DNA of 63,627 nt, counting the filler, from Licmophora abbreviata (lineage: Eukaryota): NCBI GenBank assembly GCA_900291995.1. It is 10 parts of 10 records of this genome, joined end to end, with 100 filler letters (N's around TTAATTAATTAA, not from the genome) between each part and the next. Parts side by side here need not be neighbours in the genome. Positions count along the whole stretch, not along the records: positions 1 to 3,249 come from OLMU01004633.1; positions 3,350 to 9,412 come from OLMU01004634.1; positions 9,513 to 35,197 come from OLMU01004636.1; 7 more parts are not named here. One strand, 5' to 3'. Made by a program: the position numbers and the translations under genes. Below are positions 1 to 12,709 of the stretch, piece by piece. The notes under the pieces are model-generated. The model did not search any database, was not told the DNA's origin, and saw only the letters and a program-made list of their open reading frames with translations. Each line of letters starts with the position of its first letter. Within the stretch, counting starts at the first letter, position 1.

Positions 1-135
1 GTTGTCTTGTTCCAAACCAATTTATAAGCTACCCACTACAAGTACTCGGCTGTAACTACGTAATGAGTTCGAATCTTCTTCCAATCACCAATTTCTTTTT
101 AGTGTTCGCATTTCAAACGTTGCATCGGTACCCCC

Positions 136-1416
136 TTACAAGAAGAAGTCGCCAATCATACTGATGGCAACCACGACAGCAGCAACAGCACCCGGATTTT
201 TCCACGTAAAAGCCGCAGAAGTAGAGCTGTCCGTGTACGCCACGACCTCATCCGTCGTACGAAAGCACTGGCAGGTGTTGTTGTAGGCGACTTGTCCACC
301 GAACGAGTAAATCGTGTTGGTCGCATCCCACGCCATGGAGGCGAAGCGAAAGCGGTGATTGGGCAAACTCGCCAAGACAACCCACTCTCCGCCCTCCAAT
401 ACTTCCACATCGTCCACTGGCACCGTCAGCTCGCCCGCCTCTGGAAGATTCTCTTCCGCAATCTGGCAGACGTTCTCAATCTGACGTTCGCCGCCAACGG
501 CAAACAAGCGTCCATTCAAGAGGACCATACCCTTGTCACTGCGAGGTGTGTTGAGCTTGGGCATGACACCCGCTTCCCACTCGTCCGTGGCAAAGTTGTA
601 ACGCTCGACGGTGTCCAATGCCGAGCAAAAGTCGTTGGTGTGCGTAAACCCGCCCGAGGCGTAGCCGTAGGTGGCATCTGACGCGGTACTGACGTCGCCG
701 CGGGGAGTGGCCAAAGGCGCCATCTCGGTCACCACGAGAGTGGATGCGGCAAGGTCAAGGCGGATCAAGGTGTCGTAGGAAGTGTACTCGACGTCGTAGC
801 CTGCCACGAGGTACATGAAGTTGCCGTTGCTGAAGGAACCGAGATCGGAAAGAGAATAGTTGGCTAGCGTCCCGTAGGACTCCCACGTATTGGAGGCAAT
901 GTCATAGACCTATGAGAAGACAGATTGCAACAGTGAGTAAGAAAGAGTGAGTTTCATACAAGAAGAAGACGATACGAAGCCCAGAGCCATCCTACAAGCA
1001 CACAATAGTGCAACACTCACGTCGACTTCGGTAATGAGTCCCTCCTCGCCATCACGACCACCCACGAGCCACAATTTGGAGTTATCGGCGCCATTCACAG
1101 CCGCCGCATGACGGTAGCGCGGGCGAGGCATGAAAGTGAGCTCTTGAAACGTTTCCGTCGCAACATCAAAGGAATAAAAGGCATCGGAAATGCTGCTGCA
1201 GACAAACTGACCGTCGGTTGAATTGAATTCATTGCCAAGCGCACTGTCGCAGCCTCCAGCCAAGTAGACAGTGCCCGTGTCAGTAACAAGAGTAGCGGTG
1301 AAATCAGAGAGAGCCTTGGGGAGGCGAGAATCCAAGGAGCGCCAGGTGAGGCTTTCCTGCGAAGATGCAGATCCCAACAAGAGGACGAGAGCTGCGATAC
1401 GGCTAGAACCGAACAT
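136..1416 (-). CDS. Secreted/surface Kelch-repeat (beta-propeller) protein, 2 exons (1416-1021, 909-136)
   Basis: N-terminal signal peptide (RIAALVLLLGSASSQ); repeated Kelch GG...W motifs (VYLAGGC, LWLVGGRD, LFAVGGER, YSFGGQ); GT-AG intron 910-1020 joins the two ORFs in frame; hydrophobic C-terminus. Confidence 0.8.
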
Positions 1417-1867
1417 CCTGGTCGTATACTAGCTAGGTACGGGTGAATGTAGTAAGATCCCGAGTTCTGGCACAAAAAGATGCCTGAGAATGGACGCGTT
1501 TGAAAGAACCCGGGGAGGAAGGAAACGCGTTGAGCTCTTGACAATCCGACTGAAACACTGTCGAAGGATGATGTTCTCAGCAAAGAGGAAAGGCAAGGGG
1601 ACGATTCGATCTTGAGTACCCTGGTGGAGAGAAAGCAGAAGTGACTAAGTTCCTAAGTGGAAAATGGACGGCTGATCATGAGAGACTTTCTTGAGAATGG
1701 CGCGCCATCGCGCGTTGCAGGGTCGCAGCGCTCGAGCATGAAACCACCCGGATGCTCAGAACTTGCTGCCACTGGAGGATGCGTTGAAAGCCGACTTTGA
1801 CCTTGATAGTCTGCCTCGACGATGATACGCGGTGAGCTCAGCTTACATTGAAGTTACATGTAACCCA

Positions 1868-2644
1868 TTACATATACTTGGCATGACGCTTCAAGCCTTT
1901 CACCGCCGGCTCGTACTTTTTGTATGCTCCCCCAATCACAGGATCTCCGTGAGAGGGCAGGAGATGGTCAAACTTGAGCTTCTGTAGCAGCTCCTCCAGC
2001 TCCATGCTGTCAGTTTGTGTAGCACCATAGAATCCAGGACCAACGCTGTAGGGCTTGATGAAGCCCATGAGCTTCATGATGAGTCGACCCATGCAGTTGA
2101 AGAGACGGTCCGTGGTGGCGTAGTTCTGAAAGGCATCTCCACAGATCACGATTCTTCCCTCGGAACGATCGTTCAGAACCAATAGACCTTCGTTGGGTTC
2201 GGCCGTTTCGATCACCGCGAGGGATCCCACTGGAGGATTGGTGTTCTTGTTCATTCTCCGATCAGGCTCAAAGTATGCTTCACCATCGCGTTCGAATCCT
2301 TGAAAGTACTTGGTATTCTCCAAAGCCCAGATCTGCACTCCGTCATACCGCTCTTTGTAGAAGGGATCATCCATGCCGTGAAAGCCCGCCAGACGGATGA
2401 CATGACGAACAGTGCCAAGTGCTTCGAGCTCCTCCAAGCCACGCTCGTCGAGTCGAACACTGTTCACCAGAATGAGATCTTTCTCGTTGGGAGTTCGCAG
2501 AATGGTCATGTTGCGACTAAAGCGCATCGTTGTCCATCCCATGGTCATCTCCACTGTCCCTTTCACCAAAAAGATGTCTTCGAATATCTTTTCAATACTC
2601 CCATGGGGGAGGGCAGGAGGATGGGGACGAGAAGAAACGTTCAT
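1868..2644 (-). CDS. Intronless conserved hypothetical protein, probable metallo-beta-lactamase-like/DUF4336-like fold
   Basis: 258-aa ORF with FSRNMTI, LVNSVRL, RLAGFHGMDDPFY, CGDA and LLPSHG motifs typical of MBL-fold hypothetical proteins. Confidence 0.6.
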   Translation of the reverse strand: MNVSSRPHPPALPHGSIEKIFEDIFLVKGTVEMTMGWTTMRFSRNMTILRTPNEKDLILVNSVRLDERGLEELEALGTVRHVIRLAGFHGMDDPFYKERYDGVQIWALENTKYFQGFERDGEAYFEPDRRMNKNTNPPVGSLAVIETAEPNEGLLVLNDRSEGRIVICGDAFQNYATTDRLFNCMGRLIMKLMGFIKPYSVGPGFYGATQTDSMELEELLQKLKFDHLLPSHGDPVIGGAYKKYEPAVKGLKRHAKYM

Positions 2645-2961
2645 CTTGACCAGAGAGCAATGAAATGAGAGTTGATGTGGTTTGGTTTCAAACTTTTTGT
2701 GAGAAAAAAGGCGCGAAAGTCAGTCCGTCACCTCTTGAAAGAATGAATCAAATCGAATCTCCAGCCGAAGATCTAAGTAACGCCACGTGGAGCTTCCCTG
2801 AACCTTTCGTCAGTCCATCTCTCATGCGTGATGCGAAGCCAACACAAAACGGGAGATGGGCAAAGTGATGGTGTGTTCTGCTTGATGTATTCAATCATTC
2901 AACACCCTGACAACAGCATCTGTCGGACGGCTAGAGCTACCGTAGAGGCAGTTCCACTACT

Positions 2962-4340
2962 ATGAGAAGGCCCTTGATGAGTCCCAGGGGGCGAACAGAA
3001 AAAAGAATTGCTGCGACAGCAGTCGTATCAAGACTGAAATTCTTTCTATTTGTTGCCATCAGTCTCCTCCTGTTTCAGTCTCTCCATCATGTTCCGGGAG
3101 TTGATGCCTCGCTCGAGAGTTCGAGACTTTCGACATCGAAATTTTCCAAGATTTCACAATCTAGGCTACGCCGAAGACCACTGGCACTGCGAGGGGGCTC
3201 TTCTGTCTCCTCTAGTGCACCCAGTGCGGCGGCGTCACTGAGTCCGAAANNNNNNNNNNNNNNNNNNNNNNNNNNNNNNNNNNNNNNNNNNNNTTAATTA
3301 ATTAANNNNNNNNNNNNNNNNNNNNNNNNNNNNNNNNNNNNNNNNNNNNGAAACAGAGCGACGGCAGCACGTCAAGGCGATGGCACGCGGCGAGGACAGG
3401 ACCATCAAGCCCAAGAAAGAGCAAGCATACATTGGCGAAGGATTACGCCTGCTATTTCAAAATGGCGAGGCCATTTTGTTCTTCTTTCTAGTCTTTGTCG
3501 TGGGTGTCTCAAGTGGAATCATCGAGAACTTTGCCTACGTGCGAATGCGCGAAGTGGGTGGGTCGGGCAAGGAGATGGGCTTGTCGCGACTCGTATCGAG
3601 TGCTGCGGGCGCTCCCATGTTTTGGTTTTCGGGCCCCCTGACAGAACGACTTGGTGCAGATCGTGTGTTGACGCTCAGCCTATTGAGTTATGTGACGAGG
3701 TTTTTCATCTATGCCCTAATGCGCAATCCATATCATGGATTGCCTGCTGAGGCACTGCGGGGAGTGACCTTTGCTGCCTTTTGGAGTACTGGTACCATCT
3801 ATGCACATCGTATCAGTCCGCCAGGAATGGGAGCCACGATGGTAAGTACTGTCGCTTCTGAAATGTCCAGAGCGTCGGTCGCGCGCGTAGTTTCACTCAT
3901 CGCTGTCGTTTTTTGGCTTATCTTCTTAGCTCATGTTTCTAAATGCAATGTACGGTGGACTGGGACAGTCGTTAGGGGCCATCATCGGCGGGAAACTCCA
4001 ATCCAAGTTTGGAACCGTGAAGACCTTTGTCTATTCGGGCATCTTTGACTTTTGCTTTGTGGGATTCGTGGTGATTTACTTGAAGTTTCGGAAGAACTCT
4101 AGCTTCCGCGACCCGAAGCCTATCCGGCCGAGGGAAGATACAATAGCCAGTGTTGCGTCCTCGGTGATGGAAGGACGATCCGGATCGGCGGTGACTCCGG
4201 TTGCAAGAACAGAGCAAACAAAAGAGGGATCGTCAACGCCCGGCTCAGCGACGGTGTCACAATTGCCTTCTGCATCGTCACCGGCGTCTTTGAGAAGCGA
4301 CGATCAGGGGAATGATAGAAGGAATGCACCGAGGTTATAG
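2962..4340 (+). CDS. MFS transporter (MFSD6/MFS_1-like), interrupted by assembly gap; intron 3842-3929
   Basis: Multiple TM segments; motifs GIIENFAY, AEALRGVTFAAFWS, YGGLGQSLGAIIGG; GT-AG intron restores the frame. Confidence 0.75.
3250..3349. other. Artificial contig spacer N44-TTAATTAATTAA-N44 (also at 9413, 35198, 43167, 47207, 48655, 50945, 52854, 62330)
   Basis: Identical 100-nt unit whose 12-mer core gives stops in all six frames. Confidence 0.97.
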
Positions 4341-4646
4341 CATTGAGTTTTTCGTGACTGGGCACTATCATAGGAGGTATGGTTTGCTATAAAGCTAGCT
4401 ACAGTAGCATGCTACATGCTGTACGATTACCATGTATCGAAAGCACCTGAACGTCGACTGCTTTAAGGTGTAAAATCACAAATCACGATGAGTGTAACAT
4501 GATAAATCGGAGGCCTGGAAATTTCTAGCTGCTTAAGAGTACGGCCTACTAGCTTAAAGCTGTCGATAGAACGGCACTGGAACCCTTTGTGCGTCTCCGA
4601 TTTACAGAGGTCGACATGATCAGTTGCCGTAGCCATAGTGAACTGG

Positions 4647-6211
4647 TTAGTATCCGCTGTTAAGGGGACGAAGACAAACAATCTTCCCACCCCAGCGAGT
4701 CTCGCATGCCTCGTCCTTTTTCTCACTCGCAACCTTCTTTTTGTCATTCGCGCGGTTTCGAAGCTCTCGGGCCTGCTTCTCGACGATCTAATGAAACGAG
4801 TCAAGTCTTTGGTGTTAGAACATACATTTCAGGTAAAATTTCACCGGCATGATACTGACTTACCTTGGCGTCGTCATCAGCAGCGAGGAAGTCATTTCGA
4901 GCCTGACGAGCTGTCTCGTCTCGCACTTCCTGAGGCGCCAAGACCGACCCGTCTGAACTGGTCGAGCCACCGTCAAATATGGCCATCTTTGGCATTTCGA
5001 CCTTGGGCATATCGACCTTGGGCATGTCGAGCTTGCCATCGAATGAGGGAGCCTTGGGCATGTCGAGCTTGCCATCGAACGAAGGAGCCTTGGGCATGTC
5101 GAGCTTGATGTCTGGCGCCTTGAAGGATTCAGGGGCTTTGAAGTCTGGGATTGAGGGTGCCTTGAAGTCAGGCACCTTGAAGTCAGGGGCCTTGAATTCT
5201 GGAAGCTTGACGTCGACATCTGGTGCCTTAAAGTCGGGCATTGCCGGCGCTTTGAACTCAGGGATCTTGACATCCGGCATTTCGGGTGCCTTGAAGTCGG
5301 GCATGGAGATCGGCAAAGATGGCGCAGCTTCGTCGTCCTAAATGTACATGACAATAGTATGATAACAAAGGTGAGACACTAGAACAGCACAAGGAGACGA
5401 TCCTCCTCACTTCCGCAAAATGAGGCTTACCTTTTGCTTGGATCGTTCCACAGAGGCCTTTTGCAGCTCAAGCTGCTCTTTTTTTCTGGCTTCCTTGGCC
5501 GCCTTCTCTTCCGCTTTTTTGGCGTCGGCTTCCGCCTTTTCGTCCGCCTTGCGTTGTTTCTCCGCTTCCTGGGCCGCCTTCTTCTCCGCCTTGGTCGGTC
5601 CCGCTGCCTCCTCGGGCTCAGACGGCTCATCAGACGACGAACCAAACGGATTGGTAAAGGCCGGAGCAATCTTTGTTGGACTGGACTTGCTCGAGGAATC
5701 GTAGGAGGGCATCGAAAAGTCCAACGTTTCGAGGGGTGCCGAGATGAGCATGAGATTCGAATAGGCCGAAGACGAGGAAACGACCTCTTCAATCACCGGT
5801 TTGTCTGGGGCAAAACAAAAGGGTTATCCTCGATCGTGAGAAGGTACATATATATATATACTACGTGATACAACGAGCAAACTTGAACTTGCGACATCAC
5901 AGCAGTCACATGCCCCCTCTCGGAATCATCGCGTGTCATGTCACTGCATCATACATACACACACACATTCACTCACCTAGAGGCATAGGAGGGATTTCCT
6001 TAGCCGGCGCAGCAAAGGTGGCCTGCGCTGCCACTGCCCACCCCGCGACAACGACAGCCGCCGGCGCCCACCAGTCTCCTGCCGCCGAATCTAGTTTCTT
6101 GCCCGCCTGAAGGCGTGTTGAAACCGATGTCCATGCCTTGGGCGACGACTGCGACACGAACGCATGACTGCTACTCGCCACAAGGGCCAGAGCCAACAGG
6201 GAAAACTTCAT
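4647..6211 (-). CDS. Multi-exon plastid-targeted (probably thylakoid-lumen) protein with Pro/Lys/Asp repeats
   Basis: Signal peptide with ASAFAP-like cleavage (SSSHA/FVSQ), transit peptide, then a hydrophobic AxA segment; GT-AG introns link ORFs 5969-6211, 5407-5796, 4801-5316 and a last exon 4787-4647 ending ACETRWGGKIVCLRPLNSGY*. Confidence 0.7.
4981..5310 (-). repeat. Coding tandem repeats (PDFKAP / KLDMPKAPSFDG units)
   Basis: gccttgggcatgtcgagcttg recurs at about 36-nt period around 5017-5107; repeated ttgaagtc units; visible in the translation. Confidence 0.85.
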
Positions 6212-6538
6212 CGTTCAGTTGTATTAGTTGGATGAGAGCTCGGAGGTCCAACGCCAGTAAAAAGGCAAGAGGGTGGTGGTGTCAACCATCAAGCATCACA
6301 CGGTTGATTCAAACGGATCATCCTCGCAAAAAAAGGCCGCGCCCTCTCTCCCGCGTGCGTGGTATCTTTTGACTGCAAGTTGGAGCGAAGGACGTACCGT
6401 CGCGCGCCTTTGGAGTCGCGCGCAGCACTTCGCAACGCGAGTTTCACACACACACTCCGCGCGGGCGGGCGACACAGCACGACGACGACGACTTGAATGC
6501 ACTCTTCCTACACTTTCGTACCATTCATTGATTATTCC

Positions 6539-7001
6539 ATGTCGGGCTACGCATCAGTTCCAAAGACGACTCTGCAGGTAAGAAGAAAAAGAAGCATGAC
6601 TGCTGAGCTTGTATATTCAATATGCGAGAAACTTAAGTAGTGGCTCACGGACGCTCTCTTGCGTCTTGCTTGCTCTTGTTCTACACCTCTCTTTTCCTAA
6701 AACACAGCTCTATCGAGACTGCTTGAGACTCGTCCGTCATGTTGCTCCTGGGCACACCAAGAAGGCCATGGCTCTGAAAATGACTGTACGGGCCCAGTTT
6801 GCGGCCAACCGAGACCTTACGGACGAACACGTGATTGCGGCTAAAAAGGGAGATGCCGTGAGGGCCTTGTCGAATTACTTGTTGCTGGGGAGTGCACAAA
6901 AGGATGGAAAATTGACTACTGCTATGAATAACTATCATGACACTTCAGTGAAAGAGGCCAAGTCTAGACAAACGGGTGGTGATGACAAAGAACTGAAATG
7001 A
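6539..7001 (+). CDS. LYR-motif (Complex1_LYR) mitochondrial protein; intron 6579-6707
   Basis: Exon 1 MSGYASVPKTTLQ spliced to LYRDCLRLVRH...VRAQFAANRDLTD. Confidence 0.8.
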
Positions 7002-7920
7002 AGTGTGCACGGGTGAGACAAGCGATCAGGTCACTCTAGAGTACTCAATCTACTGGACGAGTGATGTTTTCCTGGCGATACTGTCTGATGGATTGCCTGA
7101 CTGGGCTCATGGTTCGAGTGTATTCGCAGGTAATCCCTGCTTTTTGAAAATGCAAATCTTCACCGTGGACCGTTTGCGTTCGGTACGATCGACAACAGAT
7201 TCTTCTTTTTTTATTTCCTTCCTTGGAGAGCTGGGCGAAGGACTCGAACTTCGGTCGGGTCTACTAGACTAGCTGCAAGTCGACTGACTGACTTGACTGT
7301 CATGGCACCGGTCAACATGCTCTCCACTACCGGTAATCCACTTTAAAATGACCTCATGAAATGTGCTGTAATAGAAGGGTTGGTGTTGTGGGTGTGTGTG
7401 TGTGTGGTCTCTTCTAACCTTTCCCAAATAGGTTGCAGTAGCGAGAGGAGACGTTCCAGCATCCCCCGAACTTTGGGGGCAATTGTCAAATGGCGCGTAG
7501 ATACATATGGACTTCGGTCGTCATTGATGTTTTGGTCTCAATTTTAGAATGACTGACTCTCACACAACTACGAGTAAACTTGACACCACTTTCCCGCAAA
7601 AAAAACCTCAGTCGCGATTCATCGTCCATCGAAGCGACAAGCGACTCTCCCTCCCTCTCCAAGGAAGCAAAACGGCGACCATGTCTCCGTATTCTCAGCC
7701 GTTGATGGGACTGTGGGAGGTACGATAGTCATGCTTCGTCTCTGTTGGATACAAGGAATGCCCTGTCCTCGTGCGTCAACCTGGGTTTGAACTGACCGTA
7801 TCAGTCGCACAGTATTTTGTCGACCCGTCTCATCATCGTCGTCTCTTTCATCTTTAGTCTGTTACGACATCCTTCTCGTCACAAGCAGTAGAACAACCAT
7901 CTCCCAAGGAAAAGACTGCC

Positions 7921-8463
7921 TTGCATCGTTTGGATATTGCAACGCGAGCTCTTCTTCACGGCTTGCGCGAACAGCGCAGTGTCTCGAATCAAAGTGTGGA
8001 CGAACTTTATGGCTTTTTGCAAGACGACACTACGAGAAGTAGTACTAGTGTAGAGTCCTGCTCTTGCGTGTTGCAACGAGCCACCTCCTATGTAACATGC
8101 TTACCAATCCACGAGCAGAAGTTGCTAGTCGGACAGCTGCTACTACACGCATACGAAGCGCAGTGTTACTATCATGCCGTCCGACACCGAGCGACCTACA
8201 AGGAGTGCCGTCGACTCTCCTTGCAACACATGAAGACCAGACAAGAAGGGCAGCAAGACGAAAATGATCAAGAATGCACCAATACTACGTCGTCATCATC
8301 AAAACATCATCATCATCATCAGCACCACCGATCGCTGCAAACATATAGGGAGGAATTGGCGTGGGAGTGTGCGGCGGCGCAGGTGAGGCTGTACAAGGTG
8401 GGAAAGTGGTATGAGTCGCAAGAACGACTTGCACAACGGAGTATGCGTCGGGCTTCCGTGTAG
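7921..8463 (+). CDS. Hypothetical protein (5' end uncertain)
   Basis: 180-aa open frame with a His tract; no recognisable domain. Confidence 0.35.
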   Translation: MHRLDIATRALLHGLREQRSVSNQSVDELYGFLQDDTTRSSTSVESCSCVLQRATSYVTCLPIHEQKLLVGQLLLHAYEAQCYYHAVRHRATYKECRRLSLQHMKTRQEGQQDENDQECTNTTSSSSKHHHHHQHHRSLQTYREELAWECAAAQVRLYKVGKWYESQERLAQRSMRRASV

Positions 8464-8573
8464 CGCGCTATCCCTTGCTACGACGGTGCAAACAAAAAAT
8501 TCCTAAAGCGCCTTTTGTACTTGATGACAATGATTTTGATAGTATCAAACTCAGCTCTCTATCCATTCCGTTT

Positions 8574-9412
8574 TCAATCCGCCTTGAGCGCAAAGGAGAT
8601 TTTTTCGACTCCCTCTTTTCGCACCACCATGACTTCCAACTGATCTCCCGTATAGATATCACGCTCCCCCGCCGTCACAAAGGCATCCTTGACAATCTCC
8701 ACCACCTCGGCACTGGGCAAGTCTCTCTTGGCATCCAGTCGATTCTTGTGTCCAATCACGTTGTCCAAGAGAGGAATAATGTAGGCTTGGCCACTGCCGT
8801 TGGCCGAGTACTGTGTCTTTTCGAAACTTCCAATGGCATCGTACGAGTAGACAAAGCCGTTGCCGTCATTGTCAACACCGCCCAAGACATTGAATGCGTA
8901 GTAGGGAAAGAAGCGTTTGTAGTACAAGGTATTTCCAAGCATCTGCGCAATGCTGGGCAAGCTCATGCTCTTGCGATGATTGTGCTGGTAGACCTGACAG
9001 TGTAAGAGAGTAATGAAGTACCAGGGGAAGGTGTAAGATGTCGTGATACACAGCATGTCTCCGTTCCTTTTTCTCTATTCCAGTAGAGTCCTTGTGCGCC
9101 CCTTTCTTATATTCCATGTACTCACTTTCATGTTGATATCCAACACACTCCGCAGCTGATCGACATCCGTCTTGCAGCCACTGCTGGCCAAGACACTGTG
9201 CTGGGTCAGAGCATGGAGCTTCGTCACGTTCCTGCTAAGAATCTCGTAGCCACTGCTCAATCTCGTATCGCTGGCAATGATGCAATAGTCCGTGCCCGCG
9301 ATGGCCACCACGGTACCCCCATTGAACTCGTAGGGCGAAAAGCCTCGTTCGTACGGAGCTTGCGTCACGCCGTGGTCGATGGAATTATTGTCAGCAGCCT
9401 TATTCAAGATGT
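8574..9412 (-). CDS. PSMB1: 20S proteasome subunit beta type-1 (beta6/PRE7); intron 8994-9125; 5' end runs into the gap
   Basis: FSPYEFNGGTVVAIAG, ASDTRLS, LYYKRFFPYY, YSYDAIGS, AGERDIYTGD motifs. Confidence 0.93.
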
Positions 9413-9791
9413 NNNNNNNNNNNNNNNNNNNNNNNNNNNNNNNNNNNNNNNNNNNNTTAATTAATTAANNNNNNNNNNNNNNNNNNNNNNNNNNNNNNNN
9501 NNNNNNNNNNNNTTTTCTTGCAACATCAACTTTCGAACTCGGTCATCGGTGAGAGCGAGGCGACCATAATGTGACGATGATGACGTGTCAAAAATGGCGT
9601 TCACGTACGCTGGACAGACTGTCCGTCATCTCTCTTTTCGTTTGGTCGCGTCACGTCACTCACAAAAGTTCAGTCGATCTAGATTTGACAATGGTCTTTC
9701 TTGTTCCTCTTCTTTCTTTTTCTTGTGCTGACCCTACTGTTGATTTCCATTGATTAGACTTTCATTCGACTTGTACTGCTGCATCAATATC

Positions 9792-12611
9792 ATGACAGCA
9801 ACAGCTTTTACTGCTTCCTCGATGCTTCGTCGCGCCGTCATGCAGCGTGCCACTCGAATGTTTCGGCATCCCCAGGTCAGCGTCGCCGCATCGACCAGAC
9901 GACAGCGGTCGTTTGTTTCAACGTCGATTTCATCCTACAGTGGCCGCGATCTTTCTTTTTCCCTAAAAAGAAAGTCGACGCTGTTTCCAAAGTACTACAG
10001 TGTAGTGATGTCTGCGAATGAACAAGACGAAGAAAAAGGCAGCAACGATAATGTTGGTGCAGTCTGTTACAACGCCGCCTCTGGACCACCCAAGAAGGGC
10101 AGCGGCTTTGATGAATTCTTTCCCAAGAAGACTGAAACGGAAAAGGAGAGTACCGATGCAGATGAAGAAGCGACAAAAGAGTCCGAGATGGATTCAAAGG
10201 GGAAAAGTAGTACTGAGCAGAAGGAGACTCGCAAGGAAGAGAGTGATGACAAAAACAGCGACGACAAGGAAACGACGTCTGTAAGCGACAAAGATCCCTC
10301 TTCTTCTTCTTCTTCTTCTTCTTCGTTTCAATCGAAGAATGGTGGTTCTGACGAAGACAAAAGTCATCAACGCAACAACAGCTCTCCTCCTCCACCACCA
10401 CCACCACCGCCTTCCTACGATCTGGGATATGCCTTCCTAGTTCTGTTGGTGCTTGCATTGACGAATCCACTCGGTCTTGGTAGTAATGACGGTGAGGATA
10501 ACGAATCTGAGGAACGAAATCATTCATCGGCAATGCATCAGCAGGATAATGAGGACATTTCATGGCATGATTTACATGATTTGATTGAAAGTCGACAAAT
10601 TGAAAAATTGGTCGTCTATAATCCATCCGGAGAGAATTGTGCGGTGCGAGTCATTTTGAAACCGGGCAAGATGGGATTGAAGAGTCGTCGCAGTCGCAGT
10701 ATTGCGCATGAACAACGCCATGACAAGGTCCGACCTCATGACCGCGATGCGACGCCGGACGTGGTGGATGGACTGGGTGAGACGTCGAGTCATGCATCCT
10801 TGTCCTCTCGTCTGCAGCGTCCCAGCATAATTTATCGTTTGAACATTGGTTCGGTTGTGACTTTCGAGCACAATTTGGATGAAATTCAGCGTTCCTTGAA
10901 TAGGCCCATGCGGGACTACGTGCCAGTCCAGTACAAGCCGGACAGTACGGTAGCGAGTGAATTGCTGGCGCTGGTACCCAATCTGGTCATGGTGGGGATC
11001 TTTGCTGCCATTGTCATGGGAATGAGAGGGCAGGGGGGTGCGAGTGCTAGTGGAGGGAGTGGTGGAGGTGGGATGGGTGGGATCTTTCAGATTGGAAAGT
11101 CGACGGCCAAAAAGATTAGCAAGGAAGAAATCAGTGTGACATTCAAGGATGTGGCGGGATGTCAAGAAGCCAAGAAGGAAATTATGGAGTTCGTAGATTT
11201 TTTGCAAGACTCGTCTCGATTTACGGAATTGGGGGCGAAAATTCCAAAGGGGGCCTTGTTGTCCGGTCCTCCAGGTACCGGCAAGACTCTCTTGGCCAAG
11301 GCTGTGGCGGGCGAAGCCAATGTGCCGTTCTATTCCATTTCGGGATCGGACTTTATCGAAATGTTCGTTGGAGTAGGGCCGTCGCGAGTGCGTGACTTGT
11401 TCAAGGAAGCGAGACAGAATGCACCCTGTATTGTCTTTATTGATGAAATCGATGCAGTGGGACGGCAGCGTGGACGTGGTGGAGTCGGTGGGAATGATGA
11501 ACGTGAGAATACATTGAATCAACTGTTGGTGGAGATGGACGGATTTTCGCCGTCGACCAATGTGGTGGTATTGGCGGGCACGAACCGTGCAGATATCTTG
11601 GATCAGGCATTAACACGTCCGGGTCGCTTCGATCGACAGATTCAAGTCGATAAGCCTGATTTACAGGGACGCAAGGAGATTTTCTTGGTGCACTTGAAGG
11701 GTATTGAGCTGGAGGAAGAGGCCGAGGCGATTGCTGGACGGCTGGCGGGGCTGACGCCTGGCTTTGCCGGTGCCGACATTGCCAATATCTGCAACGAGGC
11801 GGCGATTGTGGCGGCGCGTCGCAAAGCCGATTCTGTGTCTATGGACGATTTCGAAAAGGCGACAGACCGCATTGTCGGAGGTCTAGAAAGCAACAAGATC
11901 ATGTCCAAGGAGGAGCGAAGTATCGTTGCTCACCACGAGGCTGGCCACGCCGTGGCAGGGTGGTTCTTAGAGCATGCAGACCCCTTGTTAAAGGTGACTA
12001 TCATCCCCCGTAGCAGTGGAGCACTGGGATACGCACAGTACTTGCCCAAGGAAGTTTTCTTGCGGACGCAACAGCAAATTATGGATATTGTGTGTATGGC
12101 GCTTGCTGGTCGTGCCGCCGAAGAGATTTTCTTTAAGCGAGTCACAACGGGCGCGTCCGACGACCTGCGTCGTGTCACTGATATTGTCTATAGCACCATT
12201 CAGCTTTACGGAATGAACGAGCGTTTGGGTCAACTCGCTTTCCCCAAAGATCCAAACGCCATGTTTGACGACCGACCGTACTCGGACGCTACCGCGAAAG
12301 CCATGGATGAGGAGGCAAAACGGATTGTCGATGCGGCCTACCAGCGTACCCTGGATCTGCTGACGGAGAAGAAAGAGGCGGTTGAGCAGGTCGCTGCCAC
12401 ATTGTTGGAAAAGGAAACTATCACGCACGACGACATTGTTGAGGTTCTCGGTGATCGACCATTCCAGCGTGACAGTGCCTACGATGAGTTTGTGAAGAGA
12501 CGTCGAACCATCCTCCATGACAAGACGGATGAAGACAACGGTGAGAAAGAAGAGGGAAAGGAGTCTACAACCGTTGATGAAGCAGGACCCTTGAATCCAG
12601 GGATGGCCTAA
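9792..12611 (+). CDS. AFG3: Mitochondrial m-AAA protease subunit, AFG3-like (FtsH family), intronless paralog
   Basis: Mitochondrial-type presequence, two TM segments, Walker A GPPGTGKT, Walker [17 protein letters not shown] zinc motif, [20 protein letters not shown]3 signature. Confidence 0.93.
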   Translation: MTATAFTASSMLRRAVMQRATRMFRHPQVSVAASTRRQRSFVSTSISSYSGRDLSFSLKRKSTLFPKYYSVVMSANEQDEEKGSNDNVGAVCYNAASGPPKKGSGFDEFFPKKTETEKESTDADEEATKESEMDSKGKSSTEQKETRKEESDDKNSDDKETTSVSDKDPSSSSSSSSSFQSKNGGSDEDKSHQRNNSSPPPPPPPPPSYDLGYAFLVLLVLALTNPLGLGSNDGEDNESEERNHSSAMHQQDNEDISWHDLHDLIESRQIEKLVVYNPSGENCAVRVILKPGKMGLKSRRSRSIAHEQRHDKVRPHDRDATPDVVDGLGETSSHASLSSRLQRPSIIYRLNIGSVVTFEHNLDEIQRSLNRPMRDYVPVQYKPDSTVASELLALVPNLVMVGIFAAIVMGMRGQGGASASGGSGGGGMGGIFQIGKSTAKKISKEEISVTFKDVAGCQEAKKEIMEFVDFLQDSSRFTELGAKIPKGALLSGPPGTGKTLLAKAVAGEANVPFYSISGSDFIEMFVGVGPSRVRDLFKEARQNAPCIVFIDEIDAVGRQRGRGGVGGNDERENTLNQLLVEMDGFSPSTNVVVLAGTNRADILDQALTRPGRFDRQIQVDKPDLQGRKEIFLVHLKGIELEEEAEAIAGRLAGLTPGFAGADIANICNEAAIVAARRKADSVSMDDFEKATDRIVGGLESNKIMSKEERSIVAHHEAGHAVAGWFLEHADPLLKVTIIPRSSGALGYAQYLPKEVFLRTQQQIMDIVCMALAGRAAEEIFFKRVTTGASDDLRRVTDIVYSTIQLYGMNERLGQLAFPKDPNAMFDDRPYSDATAKAMDEEAKRIVDAAYQRTLDLLTEKKEAVEQVAATLLEKETITHDDIVEVLGDRPFQRDSAYDEFVKRRRTILHDKTDEDNGEKEEGKESTTVDEAGPLNPGMA

Positions 12612-12709
12612 GACTAGCTACACATGTGTATAAAATGAGACTAGCTGAACATTTATCGTCCCGTCGCAAGATGAGGCTTTCGCACATGCATGTCTTGGAC
12701 ACTCCTCAA

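Noticed and set aside
4981..5310. Periodic repeats as a possible CRISPR array
   Set aside because: Repeats are in-frame coding units without unique spacers; eukaryotic context and no cas genes
10572..11522. Long antisense ORFs opposite AFG3 (also 45197-46045) and other shadow ORFs
   Set aside because: Reverse-frame shadows of conserved coding sequence with no independent protein features
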